Shown: positions 11,190 through 22,466, counted from the first letter of the stretch. The stretch: 64,000 nt of DNA from Nitrosopumilus sp. (GCA_965207445.1 CBDBLX010000002.1:1719849-1783848); one strand, 5' to 3'. Made by a program: numbers and translations. Notes: generated by a model from the letters alone, not told the origin.

Positions 11190-12311
11190 ATGCGACTGTT
11201 AGAATTTCAGGCAAAAGAACTCTTCAGAGAATACGGCATCAATGTGCTCGATAGCAAGGCATCAAACAACATAGAGCAAGGCAGAAAACATGCACAAGAG
11301 TTAGGTTATCCATTTGTAATCAAGATCCAAGTACCCGTAGGTGGAAGAGGCAAGGCAGGAGGCGTACAGGTCTGTAATAATTCAGATGAGTTTGAGATTA
11401 GATATCCACAGATTAAAAATTTGGTGATCAAAGGTGAGAGTGCAAGGGCAATATTACTTGAAAAGATGGCAGATATTAAAAAAGAGTTGTATGTGTCGCT
11501 GTTCTTGAATCGCTCAAAGCGATGTTATACCATAATTGCATCATCAGAAGGTGGAGTTGAAATTGAATCAGTAAAGAATCAGACTATCAAAGAGATCGGC
11601 ATGGGTGATATATCAGAACATCTAGCACAAGAGGTAGCAGAACAGATAGGACTAAAAGACAAAGCAGCAAAAGGATTTGCAGACATTCTAGTCAAACTCT
11701 CAAAGCTTACTATACAAAAAGAAGCAGAGTTAGCAGAGATAAACCCTCTTGCAATAATGCAAGATGGTGAGACTGTAATTGCGCTAGATGGCAAGTTTGT
11801 AACTGATGACAATGCAAACTTTAGACATGCAGAGTTAGAGAAATATCAAGAAAAATCAGAGATAGAGGAGAGAGCAGAAAAGAGTGGATTCTCACTTGTA
11901 GAGCTTGACGGTAACATTGCAGTTGTCGGAAATGGTGCAGGACTAGTAATGTCAACATTTGACATGTTATCAGATAGTGGCGGCAAACCAGCATGTTTTT
12001 TAGATGTAGGTGGCGGGGCTACAACAGAGTCCGTATATGAGGCCCTCACACTGATCAGCAAGATCAAAGGTGTAAACAGCATACTAGTAAATTTGTACGG
12101 CGGTATTGTAAAGACTACCGTAGTAGCAGAGGCATTCTTAAGAGCATATCAGACAAAATTAATTGACATGCCAGTATACGCTAGACTAAAGGGAACAGAG
12201 TCAGAAAAGGCAAAAGAGATGTTGCAAAACTCTAGAATCAAGATGTTTGATTCAGTAGAGGATGCAATTAGTGCAGTAGTTTTAGAAGGAAAAAGCGAGC
12301 AAGGAGAATGA
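11190..12311 (+). CDS. sucC: Succinyl-CoA synthetase beta subunit
   Basis: MRLLEFQAKELF, GGRGKAGGV, EINPL, GNGAGLVMST, FLDVGGG. Confidence 0.97.
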   Translation: MRLLEFQAKELFREYGINVLDSKASNNIEQGRKHAQELGYPFVIKIQVPVGGRGKAGGVQVCNNSDEFEIRYPQIKNLVIKGESARAILLEKMADIKKELYVSLFLNRSKRCYTIIASSEGGVEIESVKNQTIKEIGMGDISEHLAQEVAEQIGLKDKAAKGFADILVKLSKLTIQKEAELAEINPLAIMQDGETVIALDGKFVTDDNANFRHAELEKYQEKSEIEERAEKSGFSLVELDGNIAVVGNGAGLVMSTFDMLSDSGGKPACFLDVGGGATTESVYEALTLISKIKGVNSILVNLYGGIVKTTVVAEAFLRAYQTKLIDMPVYARLKGTESEKAKEMLQNSRIKMFDSVEDAISAVVLEGKSEQGE

Positions 12312-12314
12312 TTA

Positions 12315-13280
12315 ATGATGACAAGTAATATAGACATATTCAAAATATTGCAAGGTTTGCCAGAGGACCAAGATTATAAAAAGAAAAAAGTCATTGTTCA
12401 GGGCATAACAGGGGCATATGGTTCACTACATGCAAGAAATATGATTTCATATGGTACCAATATCGTTGCAGGTGTTACACCGGGCAAGGGCGGTCAGATG
12501 TTTGATGAAAATATACCCATATATGATACAATGTCAGAGGCAGTAGATGCCACAGGTGCTGAGATATCAGTAGTGTTTGTTCCAGCAAAGTTCTTTTTGA
12601 GTGCAGCAAAAGATGCACTAGAGGCAGGTATAATACTATTAGTTGCAATACCAGAGCACATACCAATACGAGATACAATGCAGACTCTAAATTTGGCAGA
12701 GCAAAAGGGGGCAGTCATGATAGGTCCAAATACCCCAGGTATAATGATACCAGATGTAATCAAGATAGGAATAATGCCACCCTCTCCATTCAGATCAGGT
12801 CGAATAGCTGTTTTGTCAAAGAGTGGTACATTACTCTATGAGATATCAGATGCACTAAGTAGTACAGGCTTTGGACAAGCAATTACAATTGGGATTGGAG
12901 GGGATCCCATCAATGGTACCAGATTGGTAGATGCATTTGAGATGGTAAAAGATATCAAAGAGTTAGATGGACTAGTTATAGTAGGTGAGATTGGAGGTGA
13001 TTCAGAGGAGATATTGGCTCAGCGGATCATCGACTCAAAGTTTTCAAAGCCAACAGTTGCATATATTGCAGGTAGAGCAGCCCCCAAAGAGAAGAGAATG
13101 GGTCATGCAGGTGCAATTGTAATGGGAACGTATGGGTCAGCAGAGTCAAAGATAGCAATGTTCAACAAGGCAAACATACCAGTTGCAAAGAGGCCAATAG
13201 AGGTGCCGGTATTGCTTGCAGAAAAGATTGATGGGAATAGTAATACAATAAAAGATAATAATATTAGCAAGAATGATTAA
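12315..13280 (+). CDS. sucD: Succinyl-CoA synthetase alpha subunit
   Basis: VQGITG, GVTPGKGG, IGPNTPG, SKSGTL, MGHAGAI. Confidence 0.97.
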   Translation: MMTSNIDIFKILQGLPEDQDYKKKKVIVQGITGAYGSLHARNMISYGTNIVAGVTPGKGGQMFDENIPIYDTMSEAVDATGAEISVVFVPAKFFLSAAKDALEAGIILLVAIPEHIPIRDTMQTLNLAEQKGAVMIGPNTPGIMIPDVIKIGIMPPSPFRSGRIAVLSKSGTLLYEISDALSSTGFGQAITIGIGGDPINGTRLVDAFEMVKDIKELDGLVIVGEIGGDSEEILAQRIIDSKFSKPTVAYIAGRAAPKEKRMGHAGAIVMGTYGSAESKIAMFNKANIPVAKRPIEVPVLLAEKIDGNSNTIKDNNISKND

Positions 13281-13305
13281 TAAAAAGAGTAAAAGTGAAT
13301 AATAC

Positions 13306-13473
13306 ATGCCAATTACAGACCCTGAGAAGAAAAGAATTGCACAACAAGCACGTCTAGTAATGAAGATATGCTTTAGCTGTGGTGCACGTAATGACATCAA
13401 TGCTACAAGATGCCGCAAGTGCGGAAATCCATATCTGAGGCTTAAAAACCGTAACTTGGGCGCCAAAAAGTAA
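13306..13473 (+). CDS. rpl40e: 50S ribosomal protein L40e (absent from the ORF track)
   Basis: Manual translation MPITDPEKKRIAQQARLVMKICFSCGARNDINATRCRKCGNPYLRLKNRNLGAKK. Confidence 0.95.
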   Translation: MPITDPEKKRIAQQARLVMKICFSCGARNDINATRCRKCGNPYLRLKNRNLGAKK

Positions 13474-13562
13474 CATTTCAATGTGTAACAATCTAGGTGT
13501 TTTTATATGTAAATATAGAACATGTAAGACTAAAGTTAATGGCAAGTCAGCGTTGTCATTAC

Positions 13563-13637
13563 AATCATAGTTGTAATCATAGTTGTAATCATAGTTGTAA
13601 TCATAGTTGTAATCATAGTTGTAATCATAGTTGTAAT
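13563..13637. repeat. 12-bp tandem repeat (AATCATAGTTGT) x6
   Basis: Perfect head-to-tail intergenic array. Confidence 0.95.
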
Positions 13638-13889
13638 GACCATCATAAATAATAGTTTAAAAAGTACACTCAAACAAAAAACGTATTAATGAACGATTAC
13701 CCACATACAAGATTACAATTTTATAAAAAATTGTTTACGTATATATATATATGATTATATTAAACATTATAATCAGCACTGCACATCATCATACATTACA
13801 AAAAGCATTAATTGAATTGACAAGACCCACATTACTTGCATTACAATAACAGTCAAAAGACAAAAAAGTGGTTTTTTAGAACAAAAAAT

Positions 13890-13981
13890 GGACCGGTCGT
13901 CTAGCCTGGTTTGGATGACGCACTCACACTGCGTAAGGCAACAGCCCGCAAAGGTCGTGGGTCCGAATCCCACCCGGTCCA
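13890..13981 (+). tRNA. tRNA-Val(CAC) with a 17-nt intron at position 44/45 (13936-13952)
   Basis: Acceptor GGACCGG/CCGGTCC, anticodon arm ACGCA-CTCACAC-TGCGT, T arm GTGGG/CCCAC; intron bounded by a BHB motif. Confidence 0.9.
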
Positions 13982-14230
13982 TTTTTATTTACAGAACTTG
14001 ATGATCATATGAAGAGATAATACGACGCAAGTAATATTGTTTACCAAAAACGATAGAATAAATTAATCATATAATTAAATTACAATTCAGCATCATATTA
14101 CAAAATCGAATCATGGTAATTGGCACAAATCCTTGACTGAATACACCGCACATTCAATTATTAGTATATTTTAAACAAGTTAATTTAGAACATATATAAG
14201 TATACATTAAGATGTTCGATATAACTTGTA

Positions 14231-17200
14231 TTACACAATTCCTGTGATTTTCTGCCAGACTTTTTTACATTCGTTGCCAGTGATAACGTCTGAGGTAGGT
14301 CGCCACAAATCTTCAGGGGTTTTCTTAAGCCATGGCAGTATATCGTGCGCGCCAGATGCATGTAGATCTCCGTCCATATACTCTCTATATTTACTTCCAA
14401 TCTTTTTTGACACACTTCTTGGAACGCCATACATTCGCATCAAAACTGCCTCTTCTGAATCCACACCATAATATATCATAGCAGGCAACATCCGAACCAT
14501 TTTCCTCTGTTCATCATCTGCATATGATCCAAGGTCTGAGATCCGTTGAATGCCTGCCACGCCCCAAGTGGCAGCATTTGTAATGTTCCGATACAAACTA
14601 CGTACACATCTAGTTATGGCGATTCTATCGTCACCGCCAAAATACGAGTTGGCAATATTTGGAATACTCTCGCCAGACACCCATTTGGAAACAATTTTGC
14701 CTACATCACTATTTGTAAGCTCTCGGTTAGATATTTTGATTTTCAACTCTTCTTTCACCTCAGTTATGTTCTCTAACATTATATTCACAAGTGATGTCAT
14801 TTTATTTGATGCCGGAGCAAAAAAGTTTTTAGAGTTCCAATAGTCGGGGTTTTTATATTGATCATTTATTGCACCAAGTGTTTTTTCCACAGTTTCAGGT
14901 GCAAACCCAGTAATGTCAGACAATAATGCCAAGTGAGGTTTAGAGTCAAGTGACATGGCATATCTTTTGACAGCATTTATGAGAGCTGTCTGGTTGTTTG
15001 GTGGGAGTCGAGAGAATCCATATGTGCGCCCCAAGATCATCTCCAAATCTTCTACAAACTGCTCCAGACTTGCAGATTGTCTCTTCATGTGAGCCACATA
15101 CTGGAGAAAGATAGACCATTGTGATTTGTCATATTGGTGTGACAAATCAAGTTCATTACCAGTTTGGAGAGCCTCATTGACCATTCCAGTAAGCGTAGAC
15201 ACCAAATCTTCGGCGGCTTTCTGAACATATTTAGCATTGCTCAAATCATCAGTTCCATCTGATTTGGCTGCTAGTCCCACAATACCTACTGATGGTTGGT
15301 CGATTCGTCCCACGCGTCCTGCCAGATTCCAGAAATCCCGCGTGGGCATGGACTTGCCGTATGGATATGATGTCGAGGAGATCAGCACTCCTGAAACTGG
15401 AAAGTTCACACCTTGAGCAATGGTTGTAGTTGCGACCATCACTCTGAGAAGTCCTGCTTCCATAAGCCATTCCATGAGCATGCGGATCTCCTCAGGCAGT
15501 CCACTGTGATGTATTCCCACACCTTTCTTCAAGTATGACGCTAACGGGAATTTTGATCCCAACTCCAATTCTGCAAACTTGGCTACAAGTCTAACATCAT
15601 TGTTGTTCACTGTGTGATATTCATCAAAATTATCAGATATAATATCAGCCGTCTTCCATGCTACTGAAGGATCCCGCACAAGCACCAAAAAGCTTCTAGA
15701 TCTTGCCATCTGTGTTGCAAGTAGTGCACTTAGTTTGTACTTTGTATTTCGTATCTGGTTTGCAGTCAACGAAAATGCTTTGATATCTCCAATAGGTATC
15801 GTGTCGTCAAGTTCTATGGTTTTTGCACTTGTGATTAGTGGCTTAAACACAGTTGTGTAAGCGTCCCCGTCTGTTTTATCTAAGCTGTACGATCCGACCA
15901 CTGACTCGTTTGGACGCCATTCCAATCCTATCTCAATTGATTTTGAACTGCCAGGATCTAGCCAAGATGCAATCTCCTGACTGTTTGGGATGAATGGTGT
16001 AAGTAACAAAAAATTAGCCATGTCACAGTCGCTCTTTATTATGGAGATAAGCATCTCTAGCTTTAACCCTCTAGATTCGTCTGCAATGTTGTGAGCTTCG
16101 TCTATAATAGCAAGTACCAACGAATCTGCAAGTTTACCCTCGGGATGTCGTATCAACAGTTGCAATTTTTCAGGGGTAGTTACTAACACATGAAATGGCC
16201 ATTGTCCAGAAAGCATGTTTTCTTCAAATCCATCAATTTCCACGGCCCCACTCATTTTTTCTACTATTATGTTTAATTCACCCAAGTCATGTCTTAGACG
16301 CGCAGTGATCTGATTTGCAAGGGCCCTTGTAGGAACTACATACACCACACGTGCATCATTACCGAAGATACTGATCGCCTGAAGTATTTTAAACTCTGCC
16401 ATTAGTGTCTTACCACTAGATGTAGGTAGGTTTACTACTATTGCCTTGTTGGCCGGATCAAGTAGTCCTTTCTCAAGTATTGCCATCCTTTGTGGATAAA
16501 GGAGTTCAAACATGGGCTTGCCTGCTCTCGTTATCGTTTCAACAAACTGTACAGCACGTGGACCTGCACTTCTTGCTGCAATCCATATAGAGTTACGGGT
16601 CATCTTGACAAATGTTGCATAAAGTAGCTCCAGCATTATATCCAGTTCTATACTTTTAGCATTTCTGCTGTGATCTTTAGCTTTGCCGATATGATAACCT
16701 ATTTCTCCTTCAACATCAGATGGTTTGCCTGACATCATGAATATGGACACAATTTCAACGATCTTTGCAAGGTGATACATAGAAGCAAGCTCATGAGCAG
16801 CTCCTGCCTTGTAGCCTTCTTCTACAGAATCAAGGTACGCCTTTTCTGATGCGTGTTGGCGCTGACGGAGATCATCTATGATCTCAGATACCCTAGTCAT
16901 ATCCCTCCATGACTCTTTGCGTGTTAAGTGAAGTATTGCAGAATAGATCCCAAAAAATACGACGTGTATCCAGTCCTCGTTCATCCCTACATTCCAAACT
17001 TTCGGGTGTTCTTTGAGATGGCGCCTCATATCTGCTCCTCTCTCCCCCAAGTATGCATACGCAAGCATCTTGAGGACATGTACAAACATCTCAACAGGCC
17101 GTTCTGGAACGGGTAGTACACGCGTCAAAGAAAGGCATTCCGTACAGATCCTCCGAAATATTTCCTTTTTGTGTTCGTTCTTGGGATCTGGATCAAGTGC

Positions 17201-17395
17201 AAACATCCAATCATGTGCCGCAGCCAACTCGTAAGCTTCTATGACATCCTCCAAGTTTTCAAGGTCATGTATGGATTCCATGTTTTCTGGGTTGATTGCT
17301 TTTTTAACCATAAATTGGTTGACGTTAGTGCGCACTGAATCTATTATACGTTGATCTATAACGTCTATTATTGGGTGTTTTATCCGTAGTTCCAT
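14231..17395 (-). CDS. Ski2-like DEAH helicase, Hachiman HamB-like
   Basis: LPTSSGKT, VPTRALANQ, TTPEK, DEAH, GIHHSGL, TTTIAQGVNFP, NLAGRVGR; long helical N-terminal domain; translationally coupled to the upstream nuclease gene. Confidence 0.8.
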   Translation of the reverse strand: MELRIKHPIIDVIDQRIIDSVRTNVNQFMVKKAINPENMESIHDLENLEDVIEAYELAAAHDWMFALDPDPKNEHKKEIFRRICTECLSLTRVLPVPERPVEMFVHVLKMLAYAYLGERGADMRRHLKEHPKVWNVGMNEDWIHVVFFGIYSAILHLTRKESWRDMTRVSEIIDDLRQRQHASEKAYLDSVEEGYKAGAAHELASMYHLAKIVEIVSIFMMSGKPSDVEGEIGYHIGKAKDHSRNAKSIELDIMLELLYATFVKMTRNSIWIAARSAGPRAVQFVETITRAGKPMFELLYPQRMAILEKGLLDPANKAIVVNLPTSSGKTLMAEFKILQAISIFGNDARVVYVVPTRALANQITARLRHDLGELNIIVEKMSGAVEIDGFEENMLSGQWPFHVLVTTPEKLQLLIRHPEGKLADSLVLAIIDEAHNIADESRGLKLEMLISIIKSDCDMANFLLLTPFIPNSQEIASWLDPGSSKSIEIGLEWRPNESVVGSYSLDKTDGDAYTTVFKPLITSAKTIELDDTIPIGDIKAFSLTANQIRNTKYKLSALLATQMARSRSFLVLVRDPSVAWKTADIISDNFDEYHTVNNNDVRLVAKFAELELGSKFPLASYLKKGVGIHHSGLPEEIRMLMEWLMEAGLLRVMVATTTIAQGVNFPVSGVLISSTSYPYGKSMPTRDFWNLAGRVGRIDQPSVGIVGLAAKSDGTDDLSNAKYVQKAAEDLVSTLTGMVNEALQTGNELDLSHQYDKSQWSIFLQYVAHMKRQSASLEQFVEDLEMILGRTYGFSRLPPNNQTALINAVKRYAMSLDSKPHLALLSDITGFAPETVEKTLGAINDQYKNPDYWNSKNFFAPASNKMTSLVNIMLENITEVKEELKIKISNRELTNSDVGKIVSKWVSGESIPNIANSYFGGDDRIAITRCVRSLYRNITNAATWGVAGIQRISDLGSYADDEQRKMVRMLPAMIYYGVDSEEAVLMRMYGVPRSVSKKIGSKYREYMDGDLHASGAHDILPWLKKTPEDLWRPTSDVITGNECKKVWQKITGIV

Positions 17396-18156
17396 TATGT
17401 TGTAGCCACCATTCTGGTAAATGAGGTTAACGAAACTGGAATGTATAAAGCCAAGACATTCAACAACATGTTTGGTTTTGTTTCTATTTTGTCAAGTGTA
17501 GACTTGATATCACGTTTATCGGGTCTTGTAGAGCGTACGAGAACACCTATGGCTTTAAATTCATTGCTCTTATAATGCCGGAATGCAGCAAGCCAGTCAT
17601 TGTAGTCTGTATTTTTGATCTTTCTCAATAACCATCCGATCAACACACGTCGGTTTTTTTTAGATGATATGATTGCATTCATTTGGGCACATAAACCACC
17701 CTTGTTGGTGACTACACCCGGAGGATGGCGGTCTTCACTTGATGTCTTTATCTCGCCAAATAGAAACATCGTGTTATCACCAGTTGAGGAAAATCCAACA
17801 ATGTCTGCACCACTAGGCTCCGAACGTGGGTTCTTGGCGTCGCGTCGGTGCGGGTATGGGATTCGTGAGTTGTAATAGTCCTCAAGATAGCATTCGGTAA
17901 ATGTCTCACCTACAGATGAGGGTGTTAATTTGGGTTCGATTGCAAGCACTGCACGTAGTTCCTCTTTTGCAAAGCCGGTTGTGCCAATGCTCGAAAGTTC
18001 TGTTGCGAGTGTGTCCGTCATGGGTTCATCATAGTGTCGTTCGTGGACTCTAGTATTCATATAAGTCGTAAAATTTTCTTTTGTTATGCTAATACCTACT
18101 GCCATATGATGATCACGTTCAAAGGAATACACCTCTGTTTGATTTAACCTAGCCAA
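17395..18156 (-). CDS. PD-(D/E)xK nuclease, Hachiman HamA (DUF1837)-like
   Basis: GETFTECYL..., SGADIVGF..., FLFGEIKTS catalytic-type motifs; TAATG overlap with the helicase. Confidence 0.7.
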   Translation of the reverse strand: MARLNQTEVYSFERDHHMAVGISITKENFTTYMNTRVHERHYDEPMTDTLATELSSIGTTGFAKEELRAVLAIEPKLTPSSVGETFTECYLEDYYNSRIPYPHRRDAKNPRSEPSGADIVGFSSTGDNTMFLFGEIKTSSEDRHPPGVVTNKGGLCAQMNAIISSKKNRRVLIGWLLRKIKNTDYNDWLAAFRHYKSNEFKAIGVLVRSTRPDKRDIKSTLDKIETKPNMLLNVLALYIPVSLTSFTRMVATT

Positions 18157-18682
18157 ACGTTGTAAACCCCAAAATTGTCAACCATACTGACCATACATCC
18201 GTACTGTGAATAACTGTTTTCATTGTGGTGGCGTGTTGCATAACTCGTAAATTTATACCCCTCTGGGGCCGTGGCCATGTGGTCTGAGCCGCGCAACCTA
18301 CGTTACACGATTCGAAGCCACTCAAATGCTCTGTAAACTGGACAGGAAGACGGTCTGCCTCAAGCTACGATGCCAGCGGGTGTGTCAAGTCACGCCTACA
18401 ACAAGCCATACGCAGGCCGTGCTTCCAAGCCTACAAAGTGTACGCGCAAAACATGGCGTGGTAGACGCCTTGGTATTTTGTTAGTACATACACATATCTT
18501 CATATTTGTATTTAAGCTGTACAATGTGCCATTATACAGCAGTCCAGATGTGCAAATAGGTTAAATACGCATAATGTGAGATCCCATCGATCAACGAAAT
18601 GATGAGATCAAAACATCAGCAATGCAATATTGTAAAGGGTAAATTTAACACTGCTTGTGCCCCGAGCACGCAGACCAGAGGT

Positions 18683-18763
18683 GAGGTTGTATCATGAACA
18701 AAAGTGCAGAGAAGGTAGGCAAAACTACCAGGCAGGTAGACAAAAGTGGTGTGAACCAACCTC
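18683..18763. mobile_element. Possible 81-bp MITE with IS5-like ends
   Basis: Starts GAGGTTG and ends CAACCTC, like the ends at 25510 and 27200; no TSD seen. Confidence 0.4.
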
Positions 18764-18921
18764 CCTGACTGATGTATTCATTTAAAATTTGAATATGACT
18801 AAATAAAATAATTTAGATTTTTAGGTTTCACAATAATATTTTTTCTAATATTTAAATTAATCTATCTAAATCAATGGAAATAATAAATACACTTATATGA
18901 TCAAAGGTTTTTACCAATACT

Positions 18922-19314
18922 ATGAGTCAAAAAAGATCAAACAAAGCAGATGATGCATGTATTCAATTAAAAATAAAATATGAAAAGAAAATTCAGCAAC
19001 TTGAACAAAAAGTAGATAGTAAGGATGAAGAGCTGAATAAAAAAGATGAAGAGCTGAATAAAAAAGATGAAGAACTAAAGAAAAAAGATCATATCATAAA
19101 TACATTAAAGAGCCGTGTTAATACATTAGAAGAAGATAACTCAAACTTAAAAAAAGATAACTCAAACCTAGAAAAGAATAACACTGCTATAAAAAAACAA
19201 AGTCAAAAAAAAGATGCAACCATACAAAATTATGAGACAAAGTTCAACTATTATGAGAATGCCCATACACCATCATCAAAGCAAGGAGGTTTGTGGATTC
19301 AATTATCGGATTAA
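18922..19314 (+). pseudogene. N-terminal fragment of an IS66-type transposase
   Basis: Coiled coil with 21-bp repeats (KDEELNK), then YENAHTPSSK, then abrupt truncation. Confidence 0.6.
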
Positions 19315-19457
19315 TCAGAAGACTGCTGTGATGGGAATTAAAACGTGGTAGTTACTTGCCATTGTAAATATGTCGTACTGTATAATCAAAAATAAGATCA
19401 TTAAAATTGAGCACATTGCGAACTACTGACGTGCATTTTTGGACAAAGTCAATGACA

Positions 19458-19688
19458 CTATGGATAGTCTGACGGCCGTTTTTTCTTTGCCAGTAGTCGC
19501 CTGTACAGGAAGACGAATATGAGAAACGGGGCGACGCCGATGATTGCAATGGGTATTAGGAAGCCCAGAATAGGCATCATTACGGCCTCAAAATCTGAAA
19601 TTGCCGGAAATACAAAAGGGGCGACGGGCTCCAAATAGTAGTCCGGCTCCGACAATGTATGCGGAAGATATGCCGGCAGGAGCATCAA
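19458..19688 (-). CDS. Small membrane protein
   Basis: Hydrophobic segment followed by basic tail RRLLAKKKR. Confidence 0.5.
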   Translation of the reverse strand: MMLLPAYLPHTLSEPDYYLEPVAPFVFPAISDFEAVMMPILGFLIPIAIIGVAPFLIFVFLYRRLLAKKKRPSDYP

Positions 19689-19734
19689 AAATAATAAAAA
19701 AACAAAAGTTTCATGAAGTCTGCACCGAATATGT

Positions 19735-20096
19735 CTAGTTTAATGTTATGTTGCTAATCTTGGTGGTGGTCCACACATGATAGCCGGCATTAAAGAACGT
19801 TGTCAGGTTGTTTGCAGAGCAATCGCCTTTTTCGTCAAAGTTCGGATAGTACGTATTCTCGAATTGCGGGCCGGTGCCAAAGACGAAATGCTTTGCATTC
19901 CGCGTCGTATCCATTCTAAAGTCTACGCTGGAATGGTGTGTTGGCTTGTCCAGGCAAACGGAGCTGTGGAAGTCAACATCCCCGTTGTACAGGACGAATC
20001 CTTTTGGCGAGGTGGTGGTTCCCTGGTTCCATCCCCATGCTATCTCAATGCAGTAGAGGGATCTTAGATCAAGCAGTATGCATGGAAAAGCAACCC
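19735..20096 (-). pseudogene. 5'-truncated gene fragment (beta-rich, possibly secreted protein)
   Basis: Stop-free frame of ~120 codons (..YCIEIAWGWNQGTTTSPKGFVLYNGDVDF..) lacking a start, abutting a repeat element. Confidence 0.45.
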
Positions 20097-20215
20097 ATGC
20101 ATAATAATTTCATTAAAGATCCGATAGTTTTCTAATATTTTGTATTCATAATATGTGCTAACTTCGAGATGAATATCAATCAAAATATCGGATCTTTAAT
20201 CATATCAGTATGCAG
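20097..20215. mobile_element. ~120-bp MITE-like repeat, family B copy 1
   Basis: Internal IR ATTAAAGATCCGATA/TATCGGATCTTTAAT; near-identical inverted copy at 32306-32425. Confidence 0.75.
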
Positions 20216-20730
20216 GGGGGACTTCCAGACTGGACGGCTGCAAAGACGCAGGCCAACCTGCAGACCATACATGCAAACTCTGCTCTGTGGGGCGTATTTT
20301 CAGGACAATTGGTATCAGGATATCGCGGCAGTTGGAAGCCTCCACCATCAGATTCAATCACAATAATATACCCGTCGCCACCATCACAGCGACCGCGTCC
20401 GCGTGTCACCGAAAAATGTATCACGAAATCCTCTGATCCATTAATACAGGCACACGACCTCATCTGCATACCAAAATCACAAAATGCCAAGGTCGCAGCC
20501 GCATGACTTTTTAATATAATCATATTATTGTAAAACTTGCCCCATATTATGCCATTTTTGTACCATCCATACACTCCTCACCTTTGACACTACTAACACA
20601 ATACACAAACTGGCCGTGCCGCCACCATCCAATCCGATGTTTTTGCCTTGAACAACGTGACACTGCATGTTACCTGCATGACCACCATATCACATACCAT
20701 AACGCCTGTCCGATATCTGTCTAAGGTGGT

Positions 20731-20797
20731 AGGGTGAGGGGGTGAGAGTTGAAGGGAGGGTGAGGGGGTGAGAGTTGAAGGGAGGGTGAGGGGGTGA
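20731..20797. repeat. G-rich 26-bp tandem repeat (~2.5 copies)
   Basis: AGGGTGAGGGGGTGAGAGTTGAAGGG repeated. Confidence 0.85.
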
Positions 20798-20844
20798 ACG
20801 CTTGCCACAGAGGTCCACTCCACTATTTGTGACTTTAAGTATGA

Positions 20845-21750
20845 TCATAGACGTGAAAAACAGCACTTTTTGTATTTTTTGCCAGAGCCACAGGGGCACG
20901 GGGCATTTCGCCCTATGCGACGTTTTGGTGAATCTTGATGTGTGGTAAATCTCGAATATTCGTATGGATGTTCTGTAGATACGGATGTACTTGACCACTT
21001 TTTATCTCTCTTAGATGGAGTGAGATTTCGCATACTGGGTGGAATTATGTTCTTGTTATCGTGCAAAAAATACAATGGATCCTTTGATTGTATTGTGAAC
21101 CTCTCAAAATCAGAAATACCATTAAACATACCTTCCATATCAGATAGCTCATAACATTCAGATGTTGCAAATCCTGAGTCTACCAGATCATCTACATATT
21201 TGCGTATGTTAGAATTATTCAGATAGAGTAGGTGACCGAGTATGTCGTCTCTAATACTTATGTCCTGCTCGTTTGCTACACACTGTTTTATGGATGCTAT
21301 TATTGGTTGCATCATTTCAAGATTCTTGGAACCAATTATGAGTAGTGCCGTCTCGGCCCCTGTCCGTACGTGTGAGTTGATGTTGTCGTCACCCACGATT
21401 TTTACAAGTTGGTCCACAGCATCATGTCCCATATACGCCAATACACCTGGCGCATCACATAGTAGCCAATCATCCATGTATTCTGCATATTCGATGATGG
21501 CAGTGTTTATTGCAAGCAAGGCGCGATAATCTTTCATCTTTGCCAATATACTAATCGCACAAAATGGGGACCAGGGATGGACAGACAACGTATCCCAGTT
21601 TTCACGTGACGTTACAAATTGTGCAAGATGAAAAAACGATTCTTCCTTTCTCTCCAAGATGGCACTTATCAAATCATCATTTATCTTGGGACCTTGTTGC
21701 TTTAACTCATCAATCATCGATTCTATATCCAATACTAATTCACGGTACAT
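20845..21750 (-). CDS. Helical-repeat (DUF1186-like) protein with C-terminal SEC-C motif
   Basis: [19 protein letters not shown] at the C-terminus; HEAT-like helical body. Confidence 0.85.
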   Translation of the reverse strand: MYRELVLDIESMIDELKQQGPKINDDLISAILERKEESFFHLAQFVTSRENWDTLSVHPWSPFCAISILAKMKDYRALLAINTAIIEYAEYMDDWLLCDAPGVLAYMGHDAVDQLVKIVGDDNINSHVRTGAETALLIIGSKNLEMMQPIIASIKQCVANEQDISIRDDILGHLLYLNNSNIRKYVDDLVDSGFATSECYELSDMEGMFNGISDFERFTIQSKDPLYFLHDNKNIIPPSMRNLTPSKRDKKWSSTSVSTEHPYEYSRFTTHQDSPKRRIGRNAPCPCGSGKKYKKCCFSRL

Positions 21751-21799
21751 ACAAATTCATTAAGATTTTGATTAAAAGGTGAAGGCAGTAAACTCTACA

Positions 21800-21880
21800 G
21801 TAACCGTTCAACCCCTTCCCAAATTTAGGCACAAATTCACCGCTTAACGTCTGGCGCAGGTACGGGGGTTGAACGGTTAC
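21800..21880. mobile_element. 81-bp MITE family A, copy 1
   Basis: TIR GTAACCGTTCAACCCC / GGGGTTGAACGGTTAC. Confidence 0.9.
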
Positions 21881-22027
21881 GACCGGCGTGACAGTAATCA
21901 TGATATTGGGCGGTACAATGACATATGAAAAAGAGACTGTCGGTATGATGGGTGTGCACCACGCGTAAATACTTGTAGTGCGCAGACATAGGGGTGGGTG
22001 ATGCTGGCTGATACGGGTCAGATACAC

Positions 22028-22466
22028 TCAGGTTGTCTCAATACCAGGATACATCTCTTTAACTATGAGAGCAAGTTCCTCAGATACCTCAAGATCTGCT
22101 TCCGTGTAACCCATTATACCTGTATGTGATTCGTCTGGAGGTATAGGCATATGTTTTACTTGCAGAGAACATCCTGCGTTGTTTCCAGCAGATTTACATC
22201 CAATATGTTAAGTATGGCATTACATCCAATATGTTAAGTATGGCAAACTGTCCATTATGGTTGACGTCAATACGTATGACCTGTCGAACTCTTTCCACAC
22301 ACGCGGCAAAACTTGGGTCATTAAAATACTCGAGCCAGTTAACGGACAAGAACTCTTCATTTGCACGTAGTTCAAATGACGCTCCCGTGGGGTTGCCGTC
22401 TGCTAATATTTTTGGACGGCAATACCGTGCTACATGTTCATCGTCGGGTGGTGCTATGTTGCTCAT
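22028..22466 (-). pseudogene. Frameshifted small toxin-like (putative ART-fold) gene
   Basis: HVARYC..ASF..LSVNWLEYF; 26-bp tandem duplication at 22194-22245; C-terminal part (..HMPIPPDESHTGIMG..) continues in another frame. Confidence 0.55.

Noticed and set aside
13563..13637. 12-bp repeat array as a CRISPR
   Set aside because: Head-to-tail units with no spacers and no cas genes; a simple minisatellite.
13930..13956. Long variable arm implying a Ser/Leu/Sec-type or recoding tRNA
   Set aside because: The extra 17 nt form a BHB intron; removal yields an ordinary tRNA-Val.
20731..20797. G-rich repeat as a functional G-quadruplex
   Set aside because: G-runs are present but nothing supports function; the genome is full of slippage repeats.
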